Made by a program: the position numbers and the translations under genes. Shown one piece after another: positions 13,393-26,310 of a stretch of 64,000 nucleotides of DNA. Within the stretch, counting starts at the first letter, position 1; every line of letters starts with the position of its first letter. The notes under the pieces are model-generated. The model was not told the DNA's origin, did no database searches, and saw only the letters and a program-made list of their open reading frames with translations. Source of the stretch: Paraspadella gotoi (taxonomy: Eukaryota; Animalia; Chaetognatha); assembly GCA_051294375.1 (NCBI GenBank), contig CM119263.1, positions 5,664,035 through 5,728,034 on the forward strand. Reading direction: 5' to 3'.

Positions 13393-13468
13393 ATTAATGT
13401 CGAGGTATTAATGCGTTAATATTAATGCGTCAACGTTAATACGTCAAAATTAATGCGGGGATATTAAT
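13393..13468. repeat. Degenerate ~14-bp repeat with ATTAATGCG core
   Basis: TTAAT recurs about every 14 bp (attaatgtcg, attaatgcgt x2, gttaatacgt, attaatgcgg, attaata). Confidence 0.7.
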
Positions 13469-14523
13469 AAAAAATGCTGACCTGGTTCTTTTTTTGCGTT
13501 GCCCCCTGTAAAGTTAAACCAAGTTTTCGCTTTTTTTTTACTCTTTTTTACGCAAACTTTTTTTTAAGTTTCCCTTTTTTTCTTATTTTCCTTTTTCCCA
13601 TTCATACTTTTCACCCCTCTTCCCTTTTCTCTCTTTTTTACTTCTCTTCTTCAAACCTCTCTCTCTCTCTCCAGTGTTTGCCCTCCTCGGGCACCCTTGG
13701 GTCTGGCAGGGGTGTGGCGGTCGCTGCCCTCGGATCCGCCTTGACAAAATGATTAGAGACGAGAAGAAAGAAAAGGAAGGAAAAAGGAGGAAAGAAGAAG
13801 AAGAAAAAAAAAGAAGGAAAGAAAAAAAAGGAAGGGAAATAAGGAAAGAAAGAAAAAAGAAAAAAGGAGGAAAAAAGAAAAAAAAGAGGAAAAAAGGAAA
13901 GAGGAAAAAAAATGTAACTGAAGCGAAAAATAGTTATAAGAAACTTAACCGATTGTTGCTCATAAAATATCTATCGTAGTAATCGTACATAAATTTTTTT
14001 ACCAAATTAATGTAACAACCATTTCCGTTTTATTCATAAAAAAGCATAGCTCAACTATATTGTGGTTTTTTAATGTATTGTAATGTATTATTATACTTCA
14101 TTGCATAAATTTCCTCAAACGGCCACAGCATTATGCGCGATAATCCAAAGCGAAGACTCGACAAATATCGAGATCGATGCATTAGAATGGAAATCCCGAA
14201 ACCAATTTCCAGAGTAAAAGATTTGCAAGAGAGAGAGAGAGAGAGAAGAAGAAGCAGAGAAAGAAAGAGAAAGAGAGAGGAGAGAGGAGATGGGGGAGAG
14301 AGAGGAGAGAGAGAGAGAGAGAGAGACGAGAGAGAAGAGATGGGCTCAGGAACTGTGAAATGAGATAATCGGATTGGGCGATGCATAAATCTTTCTCCAC
14401 CGTTTCTCTTTCGCTTAACTACATTCGAAGTTGAATTATTAAACAAGTCCTCCTCGCGTTCTCTATCTCCTTCCTCTCTCTCTCGTCGCTCTCGTTCTTT
14501 CTTCTCTCTCTATCGTCTCCTCT

Positions 14524-14561
<38 letters not shown>

Positions 14562-15024
14562 ACTCACCATGCAGCAAGCGATGGATTTTAAAAATGGCAG
14601 AATTAAAAAATCGTTTCTTCTGCTATGAGTGTTGATTTCAAACAACGACGAAAAAAACATTACTAAAGCGATCAGCAGAAATTGCACGGCGATATTCCTT
14701 TTCAAAAAAAAAAAAAAATTCTCTTCCATCTTCACTCCGAAAAATAAAAGAAGAGAGAACAACTTTTTGAACTTCAGCGTCGGACCTTCTTTTTTTTTTC
14801 CTTTTCTTCCGTTCCCCTTTTCATTCCCTTTCCCCTTCTTTCCTTTCTATCTCTCTGGTCCGCCTTTTTCCTTTCCTGTTCCTCCCTTCCTTCATTTTCT
14901 TCCGTTGTTCATAACTTTCCAATGTTACCGATCCCTCATTTCTTTAAATTTTCATTTTTGACCTCCTCTCCTTATGACTTTTTTTTGGAAAGAGACCTCC
15001 ATATCTTCACGATTTAGTTTTCAG

Positions 15025-15161
15025 GTTTCAATTGCTGGACAGGGGTCGTCCGCACTCCGTGAACGATCACTCATCCGACGACACTTTTTGGGCCCGAGCG
15101 CCCGGCATGCAGACGCAGAAAAAGGTTCTTCGCTGCCAGTGCACAAGTGCCAGGTGCCAAA
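15025..15161 (+). CDS. Candidate exon encoding a Cys-motif peptide resembling the N-terminal part of a TGF-beta type I receptor / BAMBI-like ectodomain
   Basis: Acceptor tttagttttcag| at 15024 and strong donor |gtaagt at 15162. The open frame reads FQLLDRGRPHSVNDHSSDDTFWARAPGMQTQKKVLRCQCTSARCQ. It is complex sequence in a repeat desert. The similarity is recalled from memory (vertebrate BMPR1B PKVLRCKC, BAMBI IRCYC...C), not searched. A second frame is also open. Confidence 0.35.
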
Positions 15162-16482
15162 GTAAGTCATTGTAATCTTTACTATAAGGGCCCACAATTC
15201 CACGGTTAGTGCAGTGAGTTCTGGGTGCTTACGTAAAGGGCAGAGCCCGCCGAGGGATTCGGGCACATGCGGGTCAGTTAGAGCTGGCAGGCCGGTTTTC
15301 GTTGGAGCTCTGTGGCCGCCGAAAAACTAGGGAAAAAGAAGAGTTTACAAGTCAAGCAGTTTTAACGCTTTGAGGAGTCAGAGAAAGGCAAGGGATCTAG
15401 AGGTGAAAGCAGAGCGCTTAGTAGGCGCACATTTTGATGAAAGGAAAATGCCACTTGTTTTTATTTTTTCTATGAGTTTTTTGTTTTTTTCGTTTCTTGT
15501 TTTTTTTTTTTTTTTTGTTTGTTTTATTTTTTTGTTCTTAAAAACTGTNNNNNNNNNNNNNNNNNNNNNNNNNTGGAATGAGTACGGGAAGGAGAGGAAA
15601 TGAGACGGGATGAGAAGAGAGATGGGAGGAGAGGTGGGATGAGATGGGAACGGAGATGGGAGGAAGATGGGAAGATATGGGAATGTAATGAGATAGGATA
15701 AGGAGTGATGGGATAGCTTGAGATGGTATAACATGAATTTAGAATATATTTTATTTCGGGTTAGTTTACGTTTTCTAAGGAGATTATTAGTCGATAGAAA
15801 TTATCAAGTAATTGGTCAAATTTAGCCTGTCCATGCGCCTGCCTATGAGTCAAATATAATCCGTAACAGCAAAAATAAAACTAATCCACAAATTTGTCAC
15901 CAATCGAATGCGAAGTGTGAGTGAAAAAATAATAAAAAAAAAGAATAAAAAGAAAAAAAAAAGGATTATTACGAGTTGAAGAAGTTATGATTGAAATAAC
16001 TGTCCGTTGGGGCGACGATGGGAAAAGAGGAAAAGGAAAGAAATGAAGATGGAGAGAAAAATGATGAGATTCGAGGAAAAAAAAGGAAGAAAGGAAAGAA
16101 AAAAGGAAAAAAAAGTTAAAGAAGGAAAGAAAGAGAGAAAGAAAGAAAGAAATTAAAAAAGAGAGAAAGAAGGAAGAAATGAAAAGAAATAAAATTGATT
16201 GATTGATTCTTGAAGGTTTTATTTATCCTTTCCTCACTTTTTTGTCACTATTATATTCCCTACCTTTTTCATCTTCACATAACTCATCCAAATCCTTACC
16301 CCAAATTGGCGCCGACAACATTTCAACCCTCACCTTCACCTATGACTTCTAACTTACCCGCTATTTTCTTTCCTCCCCTTTCTTCCTTCAGACGAACCAT
16401 CTTCTTTAGTCTGGGTGAATCCTTTTCCCTCTCCCTTTCCTTCTGCCCCACTTTTTCACGGCTCATCTTGGGTCAGACTCGC

Positions 16483-16520
<38 letters not shown>

Positions 16521-16960
16521 NNNNNNNNNNNNNNNNNNNNNNNNNNNNNNNNNNNNNNNNNNNNNNNNNNNNNNNNNNNNNNNNNNNNNNNNNNNNNNNN
16601 NNNNNNNNNNNNNNNNNNNNNNNNNNNNNNNNNNNNNNNNNNNNNNNNNNNNNNNNNNNNNNNNNNNNNNNNNNNNNNNNNNNNNNNNNNNNNNNNNNNN
16701 NNNNNNNNNNNNNNNNNNNNNNNNNNNNNNNNNNNNNNNNNNNNNNNNNNNNNNNNNNNNNNNNNNNNNNNNNNNNNNNNNNNNNNNNNNNNNNNNNNNN
16801 NNNNNNNNNNNNNNNNNNNNNNNNNNNNNNNNNNNNNNNNNNNNNNNNNNNNNNNNNNNNNNNNNNNNNNNNNNNNNNNNNNNNNNNNNNNNNNNNNNNN
16901 NNNNNNNNNNNNNNNNNNNNNNNNNNNNNNNNNNNNNNNNNNNNNNNNNCAAGTGCCCCA

Positions 16961-16997
16961 TCAGGTGCCGAAACAGGTGCCGAATCAGGTGCCGAAA
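16961..16997. repeat. 12-bp tandem repeat CAGGTGCCGAA(A/T) x3, probably continuing into the upstream gap
   Basis: Direct reading; a degenerate unit caagtgccccat precedes it at the gap edge. Confidence 0.85.
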
Positions 16998-17873
16998 TGG
17001 TTGATGATGTTGATGACAAATATTATTTCTGAGGTCATGATGATTATGATACCGACGATGAATATGAAGATGNNNNNNNNNNNNNNNNNNNNNNNNNNNN
17101 NNNNNNNNNNNNNNNNNNNNNNNNNNNNNNNNNNNNNNNNNNNNNNNNNNNNNNNNNNNNNNNNNNNNNNNNNNNNNNNNNNNNNNNNNNNNNNNNNNNN
17201 NNNNNNNNNNNNNNNNNNNNNNNNNNNNNNNNNNNNNNNNNNNNNNNNNNNNNNNNNNNNNNNNNNNNNNNNNNNNNNNNNNNNNNNNNNNNNNNNNNNN
17301 NNNNNNGATCATTTGCATAGCAACGGTCGGACGCGCCCACGAGGGTCCTTAGCAACGGCCTTTCATTCCTCAGCGACGCCGGCCCAAAAATTTTTCCTTA
17401 GCAACGCGTCATTTTTGAGGGAAACGAAGCATCAAAAATGAAGATGAAAATGATTANNNNNNNNNNNNNNNNNNNNNNNNNNNNNNNNNNNNNNNNNNNN
17501 NNNNNNNNNNNNNNNNNNNNNNNNNNNNNNNNNNNNNNNNNNNNNNNNNNNNNNNNNNNNNNNNNNNNNNNNNNNNNNNNNNNNNNNNNNNNNNNNNNNN
17601 NNNNNNNNNNNNNNNNNNNNNNNNNNNNNNNNNNNNNNNNNNNNNNNNNNNNNNNNNNNNNNNNNNNNNNNNNNNNNNNNNNNNNNNNNNAAAAAAAAAT
17701 CCTGCGCTCTTTTTATTTATGTTTCAATTTCATAAAAAAAAACTTTTTGTATGTTCCTACTAAGTCTTTGACTCTGTCTCCTTTCGATTCACAAATTAAC
17801 TTTATATCTCTGTCTCCTAGTTTTCGGCACAAGCTCCAAAATCGGCGCCGGCGGCTCTGCTTTCCTTTGGCCC

Positions 17874-17926
17874 CTGCACTGCACCGGTACTGCACCGGCA
17901 CTGCACCGGCACTGCACCGGCGCCGG
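17874..17926. repeat. 11-bp tandem repeat ACTGCACCGG(C/T) x4
   Basis: Direct reading; CGGCGCCGGC palindromic words occur at ~17843 and ~17918. Confidence 0.85.
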
Positions 17927-20122
17927 CAAATGTCGCGCGGAGCATTGAAACCTGTTAAAACTAATCTTGAAAAATGAGTCTTTCTTCCAAAAAGGTCAGA
18001 GGAGGAGAAATGAAATTAAAAAGTGGGATTCGTATGAACAAAGAGAAAATAAGGGAGGGAGGAAAGGAAAGGAAAAAGGGAGGAAAGGGAGGAAAGGAAA
18101 GGGGAAAAAAAGGAGGTCCGACGCTGAGTCAAAAGTTTTCTCTCTCTTTTTTTTCGAGAGAGAAATTTTTTTTTTTTTTGAAAATATCTCAATTTCTGCT
18201 TCGCTTATTTTTTTTTCGTTTTGTTTGAAATCAAATTGGAAAGAAACGATTTTTAATCTGCATTTTAAAATCCATCGCTTGCTGNNNNNNNNNNNNNNNN
18301 NNNNNNNNNNNNNNNNNNNNNNNNNNNNNNNNNNNNNNNNNNNNNNNNNNNNNNNNNNNNNNNNNNNNNNNNNNNNNNNNNNNNNNNNNNNNNNNNNNNN
18401 NNNNNNNNNNNNNNNNNNNNNNNNNNNNNNNNNNNNNNNNNNNNNNNNNNNNNNNNNNNNNNNNNNNNNNNNNNNNNNNNNNNNNNNNNNNNNNNNNAGA
18501 GAGAGAGAGAGAGAGAGAGAGCGAGAGTGACTTGTTTTAAAATTCAATCGTAGTTTACGACCAGATGTTTTTGTGTCGCAGCTTTTTTATTATTTTCAAG
18601 TCGCGAGAAAAAAGAAAAAGAAATAAAAAAAATTAAAAAAGTGGAAGAATAAAAAGATTAAGTTTAAAGAAAGAAATAAAGAGAAATACAGGAAGATATT
18701 AAGGAAAAATAAAGAGGAAAAACAAGATTTAAAAAAACATGATTATATTTGTGACGATTTTAGGTTTTTCTCAACATAATTTAGTTTGATCTTTTGCTAC
18801 AATAGTTAGAATTAAAAACTTGTCACATACTAAAATCCTATTTGCATTTTCTAACCCAATATGAAAAGGTTTGTCTTTGAAGGTTCAACAAAAAGAGACT
18901 CAAATAAAAAGTTCATTTTAAAAGGTTCAGTCTTCCGGTGAAAACTTTTTGGTTCAGCTGCATCGACACGAATTTTAATCTTAATTGTGGTGAGAAGAGA
19001 GAATGGAAAGGAACATAAAAATCCTTCCACGGNNNNNNNNNNNNNNNNNNNNNNNNNNNNNNNNNNNNNNNNNNNNNNNNNNNNNNNNNNNNNNNNNNNN
19101 NNNNNNNNNNNNNNNNNNNNNNNNNNNNNNNNNNNNNNNNNNNNNNNNNNNNNNNNNNNNNNNNNNNNNNNNNNNNNNNNNNNNNNNNNNNNNNNNNNNN
19201 NNNNNNNNNNNNNNNNNNNNNNNNNNNNNNNNNNNNNNNNNNNNNNNNNNNNNNNNNNNNNNNNNNNNNNNNNNNNNNNNNNNNNNNNNNNNNNNNNNNN
19301 NNNNNNNNNNNNNNNNNNNNNNNNNNNNNNNNNNNNNNNNNNNNNNNNNNNNNNNNNNNNNNNNNNNNNNNNNNNNNNNNNNNNNNNNNNNNNNNNNNNN
19401 NNNNNNNNNNNNNNNNNNNNNNNNNNNNNNNNNNNNNNNNNNNNNNNNNNNNNNNNNNNNNNNNNNNNNNNNNNNNNNNNNNNNNNNNNNNNNNNCGCCG
19501 CCGCCACATCGTCCCCCTCCTGCTGCTTAAGAGTCCATTTGTTTCTCACTTATCACGACTGACCCAAAGAAGAAGACGACGACGACGACAATGTCACGTG
19601 ACCCGTCGACAGGCCTCCATTTTTTTTCCTTGACGATTCCATCACCTGAAAGGAGACCGAAGTTCGGTTCCACGACTTGACCCCTTTCTCACATCTCTCT
19701 CTTCTCTCCCCCTCTACGCTTCCTCTTCCTTCCTCACCTTCTCCACCTCTCCCTCCACCTCTCCCTCTACCTCCACCTCTCCCTCCACCTCCATCTCTCC
19801 CTCCACCTCTCCCTCTTTTTCCCCCCTTTCTTCGCCTTCTTTTTCAACTCTCTCTCACATTCCTCCTCTCGATCTCCCTCTCTCTCTTCCTTAACTCTCT
19901 CTCCTCCTCCATCCTCTCCCTCTTCTCTCTTGTCCTTCCTCTCATTCTCCCTCCTTTCCAATTTTCCCCCTCTCTTTCTCCCCTCCCCCCTCAGGACTAA
20001 TGTAGTCCATTTTCGGGACTGGGACCGTCGGTCGGTCCGTCCGTCTGTCCATCCATCCATCCGTCTCACGCAGGGAAACCGACGTCGCCAGCGCGCGTCC
20101 GGGGTTCCGACCCCGTAAACCG

Positions 20123-20202
<80 letters not shown>

Positions 20203-20440
20203 AGGAAAGATGGGCCCGACGCGTGCAAAGACGCGGTTCGAGTCGAGCGAGGATCACGTGACTCATTTTGGCCAAAACTGTGATGGTGAATCGAAGAGAT
20301 GGTGAATTTTAGATGTCGATTCATTTTTACAGGTTCGATCTCAAATCGCGAAACTAAACTGTAGGGCGGCGCTTTTCTCATTATATATAATTTTTAAAAA
20401 AAATTATATTTTGTGATCACCAATTCAGATAAGGTTTACG

Positions 20441-20488
20441 GAATGAATGAATGAATGAATGAATGAATGAATTAATGAACGAATGAAT
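20441..20488. repeat. (GAAT)n microsatellite
   Basis: Direct reading of the sequence. Confidence 0.9.
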
Positions 20489-21534
20489 GGCTGAATACAA
20501 TGATTTTATATTGGTTGTACCGATGAAATATTTTATAAAACTATTATACCACTTCGTTGAGAGGGAAGCCAGAAACTTCAGAAGTGAATAAATTAGACTG
20601 TGTGTCCAAAATCAAGCGGCAAGATCGCTTATTTAATATTTATTGAACGAATGGATAATATTTATATGGGTCGTATCAAATTCATATTTTTTATAGAAGC
20701 ATCGCAGGAAAAGCCCAGAGAGCCAAACCAAGAATTAAAACGAAGAAACGGTATAACTTTTAGCAAAGTCTAACCAATGAGGCTTAAAAGTTGAGAGGAT
20801 GAAGAGGTGAAATGTCAAGTAAGGATGAGGAGGAAGAGGAGGAAGAGGAGGAGGAGGAGGAAGGAGAGAAAGAAGGGCGGAGGGAGAGAAGAGAGGACAA
20901 AAAAAAAGATGATGAAAGCGAAGATGAGAAAAGGTGAGAAGTTAGATGAGGTGGAAAAAAAAAAGAGTCGGAATGACGAAGCAGAACGAGGGTTTAGAAG
21001 TGAAGTGGAATTCGAGATTCGAAATGGCGGGAAAAAAATGGTTTTCGTCGTCGCCGGAACGAGACGATCGTCGTAGCGGCGAAGGCGAAATACAAGGAGG
21101 AAGGGCGAACGTGAGAGGCGACATTCAACGGCGAATGACTTGTGACTCAATCGTGACGTAAAAGTTTCATCTTTAATTCCAAGATGAAGTCATTAACGTC
21201 AACCGAATTCTACTGTCGATGAAAGACGGAAAGAGGCGAGGGTCGAACGACGACGACGACGACGACGACCCTGCTGTCGTTACTTCATCTCCTTCGTTCA
21301 CTTCTGACCGACGACGTCGCTCGATCTTCTGCTTCGCCACCATATTCAACACCACCCCTCCACCATTACCACCACTGCCACCGCTGTCACCACTACTATC
21401 ACAGCCATCACTGCCACCACTGCCACAACTCTCTCAGCTCCAAGCTCTTACCACCCGCAAGCTCTGATCAAAACTTGACCAATCTATCCCATTTTGGAAA
21501 GACTGGCACTTCTCTCTCTGCTCTCTCTCTCTCT

Positions 21535-21586
<52 letters not shown>

Positions 21587-22221
21587 TTCTCCTCCTCTTT
21601 ACTCCTTCCCCTCTCTTCTCTATCGCCCTTTTTTGGGTCAAGCTCCATGTGATCCATGACCTTCCTCTATCCCTTCCTCTCTCCCTCCCTTTCTTCCCCC
21701 TTCCTTCGCGGCTTCCAAGATCGCCGCTGGATACCTCGTCCACTTAGACTACAGATTCGGCACCAAGGTACAGTCACGACTCACGATCTAAAATTATCAA
21801 TTTATCCACAGATGGAAATAAAGTAAACTAAATTGGATAAAATTTTGGATGAAAATTTAAACGGGTCCTGTTATGTTTTTATCATCTAAAATGGGTGGAG
21901 CCATTAACATAGTAAATAATTATTGAATGGATAATTTCTTAATTTGATATATTGGTTAAATGAAAAGATTATTTATCATTGGTTAATTTATAATAAGTAT
22001 AAATGCGTAGCCGAATTAATCGAATCTGTAGCGGAGTGGCCGAATCTGTAGCATCGTTGGCCGGGCTCAGATTGTCGCTTCCTTCCTCAACGCGAATGAT
22101 CAACCGAAGAAAAAAAAGAGACTAATTTTAGCACAAGTGATAAATCATCGGTTGTGTCAGTTGGAGGCGGAGCGAGCACGTGTTTGGAAGGTCCATTTGG
22201 AGAAAGAGAGAGAGAGAGGGG

Positions 22222-22267
<46 letters not shown>

Positions 22268-22469
22268 AGAGAGAGATATCACTAGAAAGTTTCCAATCTG
22301 TTTCTTTGTCTTCCAAAAAGAGGAGGTAAATAACAAGGAAAAACATTAGTTCTGTCAGGAAACCGAAAAAAAGTGGATATTGGTCGATGGTCTTCACTTA
22401 CCTGTTTTAGTCGTCGTCGTCGTCGTCGTCGTCGTTGAAGACGTGATGGATGACGACAACGCGGGCGGC

Positions 22470-22510
<41 letters not shown>

Positions 22511-23155
22511 GGAAAAAGAGGACAAAGAGAAAGAGAAAAAAAAAAGGGGGGGGATATCTCGTTGGTCAGAAACGTTTGACGTCCGGATATAAATAGGATA
22601 CAAATGTTTCTTTTTTCCAGGTAAAAAATGAAGAATGAAGGCGCAACAACATGAAATTTGGATTAAAGAGGACAGACGGNNNNNNNNNNNNNNNNNNNNN
22701 NNNNNNNNNNNNNNNNNNNNNNNNNNNNNNNNNNNNNNNNNNNNNNNNNNNNNNNNNNNNNNNNNNNNNNNNNNNNNNNNNNNNNNNNNNNNNNNNNNNN
22801 NNNNNNNNNNNNNNNNNNNNNNNNNNNNNNNNNNNNNNNNNNNNNNNNNNNNNNNNNNNNNNNNNNNNTTGTTTTAACATTCTTACAAATTTTTTCAGTT
22901 TCAGTACATCGACAACAGTTTTTAAAATAAAAAATAAAAATAAAGTTGAATTAAAAAACAATAAAGAAAAGAAAAACAAAATTAAAAGAAAAAGAAGGAA
23001 AAAAAATGTTTTCAAGTTGTGGAAGAAATAAACCACTTCGTCTTTCCCCTTAATCTTTTCACTTTCTTAAAATTCATTTCGTCCATCCCTTGGATCTAAC
23101 TCACTCCCCCTTTCCAATTTCTTCTGCCATCTCCACCATCTAACACTTTCCAACT

Positions 23156-23360
23156 CCCTTTAATGCCATTTCCCCCAGTTTCTTCAATGCCATTTCTACT
23201 TCCATTCCATCTCCCTTCAATACCATTTCTACTTATTTCCATTCTCCTTCAATGCCATTTCCACTTCCCTTCCATCTCCCTTCAATGCCATTTCTACTTC
23301 CCTTCAACCTCCAATGCCATTTCCACCTCCCTTCCACCTCCAATGCCATTTCCAACTCCC
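23156..23360. repeat. ~28-33-bp minisatellite, core CAATGCCATTTC(C/T)ACTTCC, ~7 copies
   Basis: AATGCCATTTC or AATACCATTTC recurs 7 times. Confidence 0.9.
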
Positions 23361-24489
23361 TTTTTTACTCCCCCCCGCCTCGTGAACCGAGAATCAGTTT
23401 TCGCCTGAAAAATTCGCTTCGTTTTCACTTTTATCAAAGATTGATTCTTCCGGATGCGAAGGCGAAATGCGAGGAGGCGGTTTGGGCGGAGGAAGAAACA
23501 ATGGAAGCGCTTCCGGGTTATGGGAAGGAAAGCGGTTTCGGGGGAGAGGGGGGGTGGTTGAGGTAGAGAAACAGGGATGTGGGAGGGAGAAGGGAGAGAT
23601 GAGAGGAAAGGGAGGAAAAGAAGGAGAGCTNNNNNNNNNNNNNNNNNNNNNNNNNNNNNNNNNNNNNNNNNNNNNNNNNNNNNNNNNNNNNNNNNNNNNN
23701 NNNAGAGAGAGCAATTAGTTGAATTTCTTCTCGCGATTTTCTCGCTTCGCTGCCTCCACGATGGAGAAAGGGGTCGGGGGGGGAGAGGGATTGAGTGTTG
23801 GAGCAGTTGGAGTGATGAGTGGAGCAATAGAAGAGTTGTGATGGAGGAGCAAAGGTGGTGAAGACTCGGGAGAGGGTGAGGTGAAGTGAAGTGAGTTTGG
23901 CTGCGAGATGTGAGATCCTCTCCTGTCCGTAAAATCTCATTCATTGTAGCCACCAACGGAAAAGCGACGTCTCTTCTATTTTCTCTTCTATCTCGTGTCT
24001 CCTCTCTTTCTTCTCTCTTTCAGTCTTACTATCTTGGGTCATCTATCTTCTCTCTTAGGATCTTTCTGTATTGGGTTACCTGTCTATATCTTTTCTATTA
24101 CAATCTTCCTGTATTAGGTGACAAGTCTTCCTTTTCTCTTACAATCACTTGTATTTTTCTGTTACACATTTACGTCGAAATTAAAAGGAATTTCTCTGCG
24201 CTAAAGATATTACTCCTCCTCTTCCTCTCTCCTCCTCTTCCTCATTCTCTTCCTTCTCCCTCAACCCCTCCTCCTCCTCCTCCTCCTCTTCCTCCTCCTC
24301 CTCTCTCCTCCGAAGCGATAATAATTTTAAATGCGAAGAAATTAAAGAAAAACTAGCGAATAATTAAAATCAATAAAACGACGAAGGAAATGATTTTTTT
24401 TTAACTAAAGAAGATTTTTCTTCTTCTTCTTCTCATCGCTGAGATGAAGAGAGAGCGAGATGTTTTATGGGAGAGAAATTATGGGGAGG

Positions 24490-24630
<141 letters not shown>

Positions 24631-25223
24631 TAGATAGAGAGAAAGACAGAGTCAACATTTTTTACGTCAGTGATCTAATTTAAAATTGGTCCATGCCGTA
24701 TAAACTATGAAAAAAATTGACAAAATCAAACGAAGAAATTGGTAAATTTTGTAGTTTTCGCTCAAATAATTTAGTAAAATTCAAACGTTTTTTAACCTTA
24801 AACCTCTCAACTTCTGCCCCCTCCTCCCCTTTCCTACCCTTCTCCCCCTCCCTCCCCCTTCTCCTCTCCTTCTTCCCCCTTCTCCCTTCCTCCTCCCTTC
24901 CTCCCAATTTTCCCTTTCGTTACGTGAACCAGGAAAATAATGATTCTCGGAAATTGATCCTAAATTGGAAAGAGAGAAAAAGAGGAAGGACAAGAGCGAG
25001 AGCGAGTCAGAGTGAGAGAGAGAGAGAGTGATAGGGGGACCGACTGGCTGTGAACTTTATGAGAGCAATAAACAATAAAAGGGATAGAGGAAGGTGAAAT
25101 GGAGACAAAGAGGAGGAGGAGGAGGTAGAGGAGGAAGAAGAGGAGGAAAAAAGAAGAAACAGTTTGACTGTTAAAGTTTTTTCGCAATGTTAAGAATTTT
25201 AAATATCTTATATTGAAGTAGTT

Positions 25224-25264
<41 letters not shown>

Positions 25265-25580
25265 GGCAATTAATCTCTTTACGCAGTCTAAAGTTTTTCC
25301 TTCTTTTAATCGGCCATAATTCCGAGACAAGAATGGCAGCGGAAATAGCGGTGGCCACGCCTCCCGTTCCAAAATGGCGGCGGCAGCGCCTCTAGCGGCG
25401 AAGAAATGATTCAAAACTCGCAGCGTAAGACTTTAATGAAAACGGGAAACAGAAAATGAAAAACGAAAAAAAAAACAGTTTAACCTCATTAAGTGAAATA
25501 AATGAAAAAAAAATCATTGAAAAAAAGAAAATAAACTCAGAGCGAAATAGATTGGAAGAAATAAAATTGAAATGAAAGAC

Positions 25581-25649
<69 letters not shown>

Positions 25650-25943
25650 AGTTTTTGAAGGAAATGAAAATTCTCGTATCTTCAAATCAGATCGAATATT
25701 TGAAATCCCTGTGGAGAGAAAAAGAGGAAGAAGGGGGAAACTATTGGGAAGTAAAGGAGAAGAGAGAAAGAGAGGGCGAGGGGTAGAGGAAGAGGGAAGG
25801 AAGAAAGGGAAAAGGAGAAAGGGAAAGAAAAATTGATGAGTGGAAAATGGGGAAAGTAGAATGGAAAAGAAGTGGAATTGTTAAATGAAAATTAATGGCT
25901 GGGGTTGCTAGTGGAAGAGGAAAAGAGGTAAAAGTTCTTTCCT

Positions 25944-25983
<40 letters not shown>

Positions 25984-25984
25984 T

Positions 25985-26024
<40 letters not shown>

Positions 26025-26278
26025 TGACAAAGACTTTGTTTCTCTTTTTCTAAATCCTTTTCTTTCTTTATTTCTTTTCTATTAAGTATCACTTTAGAGC
26101 CCCGACGGCCCTAAATGTTCTCCGCCTGGGGTCGTTTTCTGCCCAGACGGAGCCTAAACTGCCCCTTGAAGGCTTCTCGTTGTCTTTCTCCTCTTCCTCC
26201 TCCTCCTTCTCCTCCTCTTCCTCCTCCCGGGATTTCGATCGCCGACTCCTGACGAGCGATCGAAGTCGAACTCGATAC

Positions 26279-26310
<32 letters not shown>

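Noticed and set aside
22394-22603. Minus-strand poly-Pro/poly-Thr ORF with a strong CAG|GTAAGT donor near 22402
   Set aside because: The ORF consists of (CCG)n and (ACG)n microsatellites, and no convincing acceptor was found.
23156-23360. ~30-bp repeats as a possible CRISPR array
   Set aside because: Units are head-to-tail with no unique spacers, there are no cas genes, and the context is eukaryotic.
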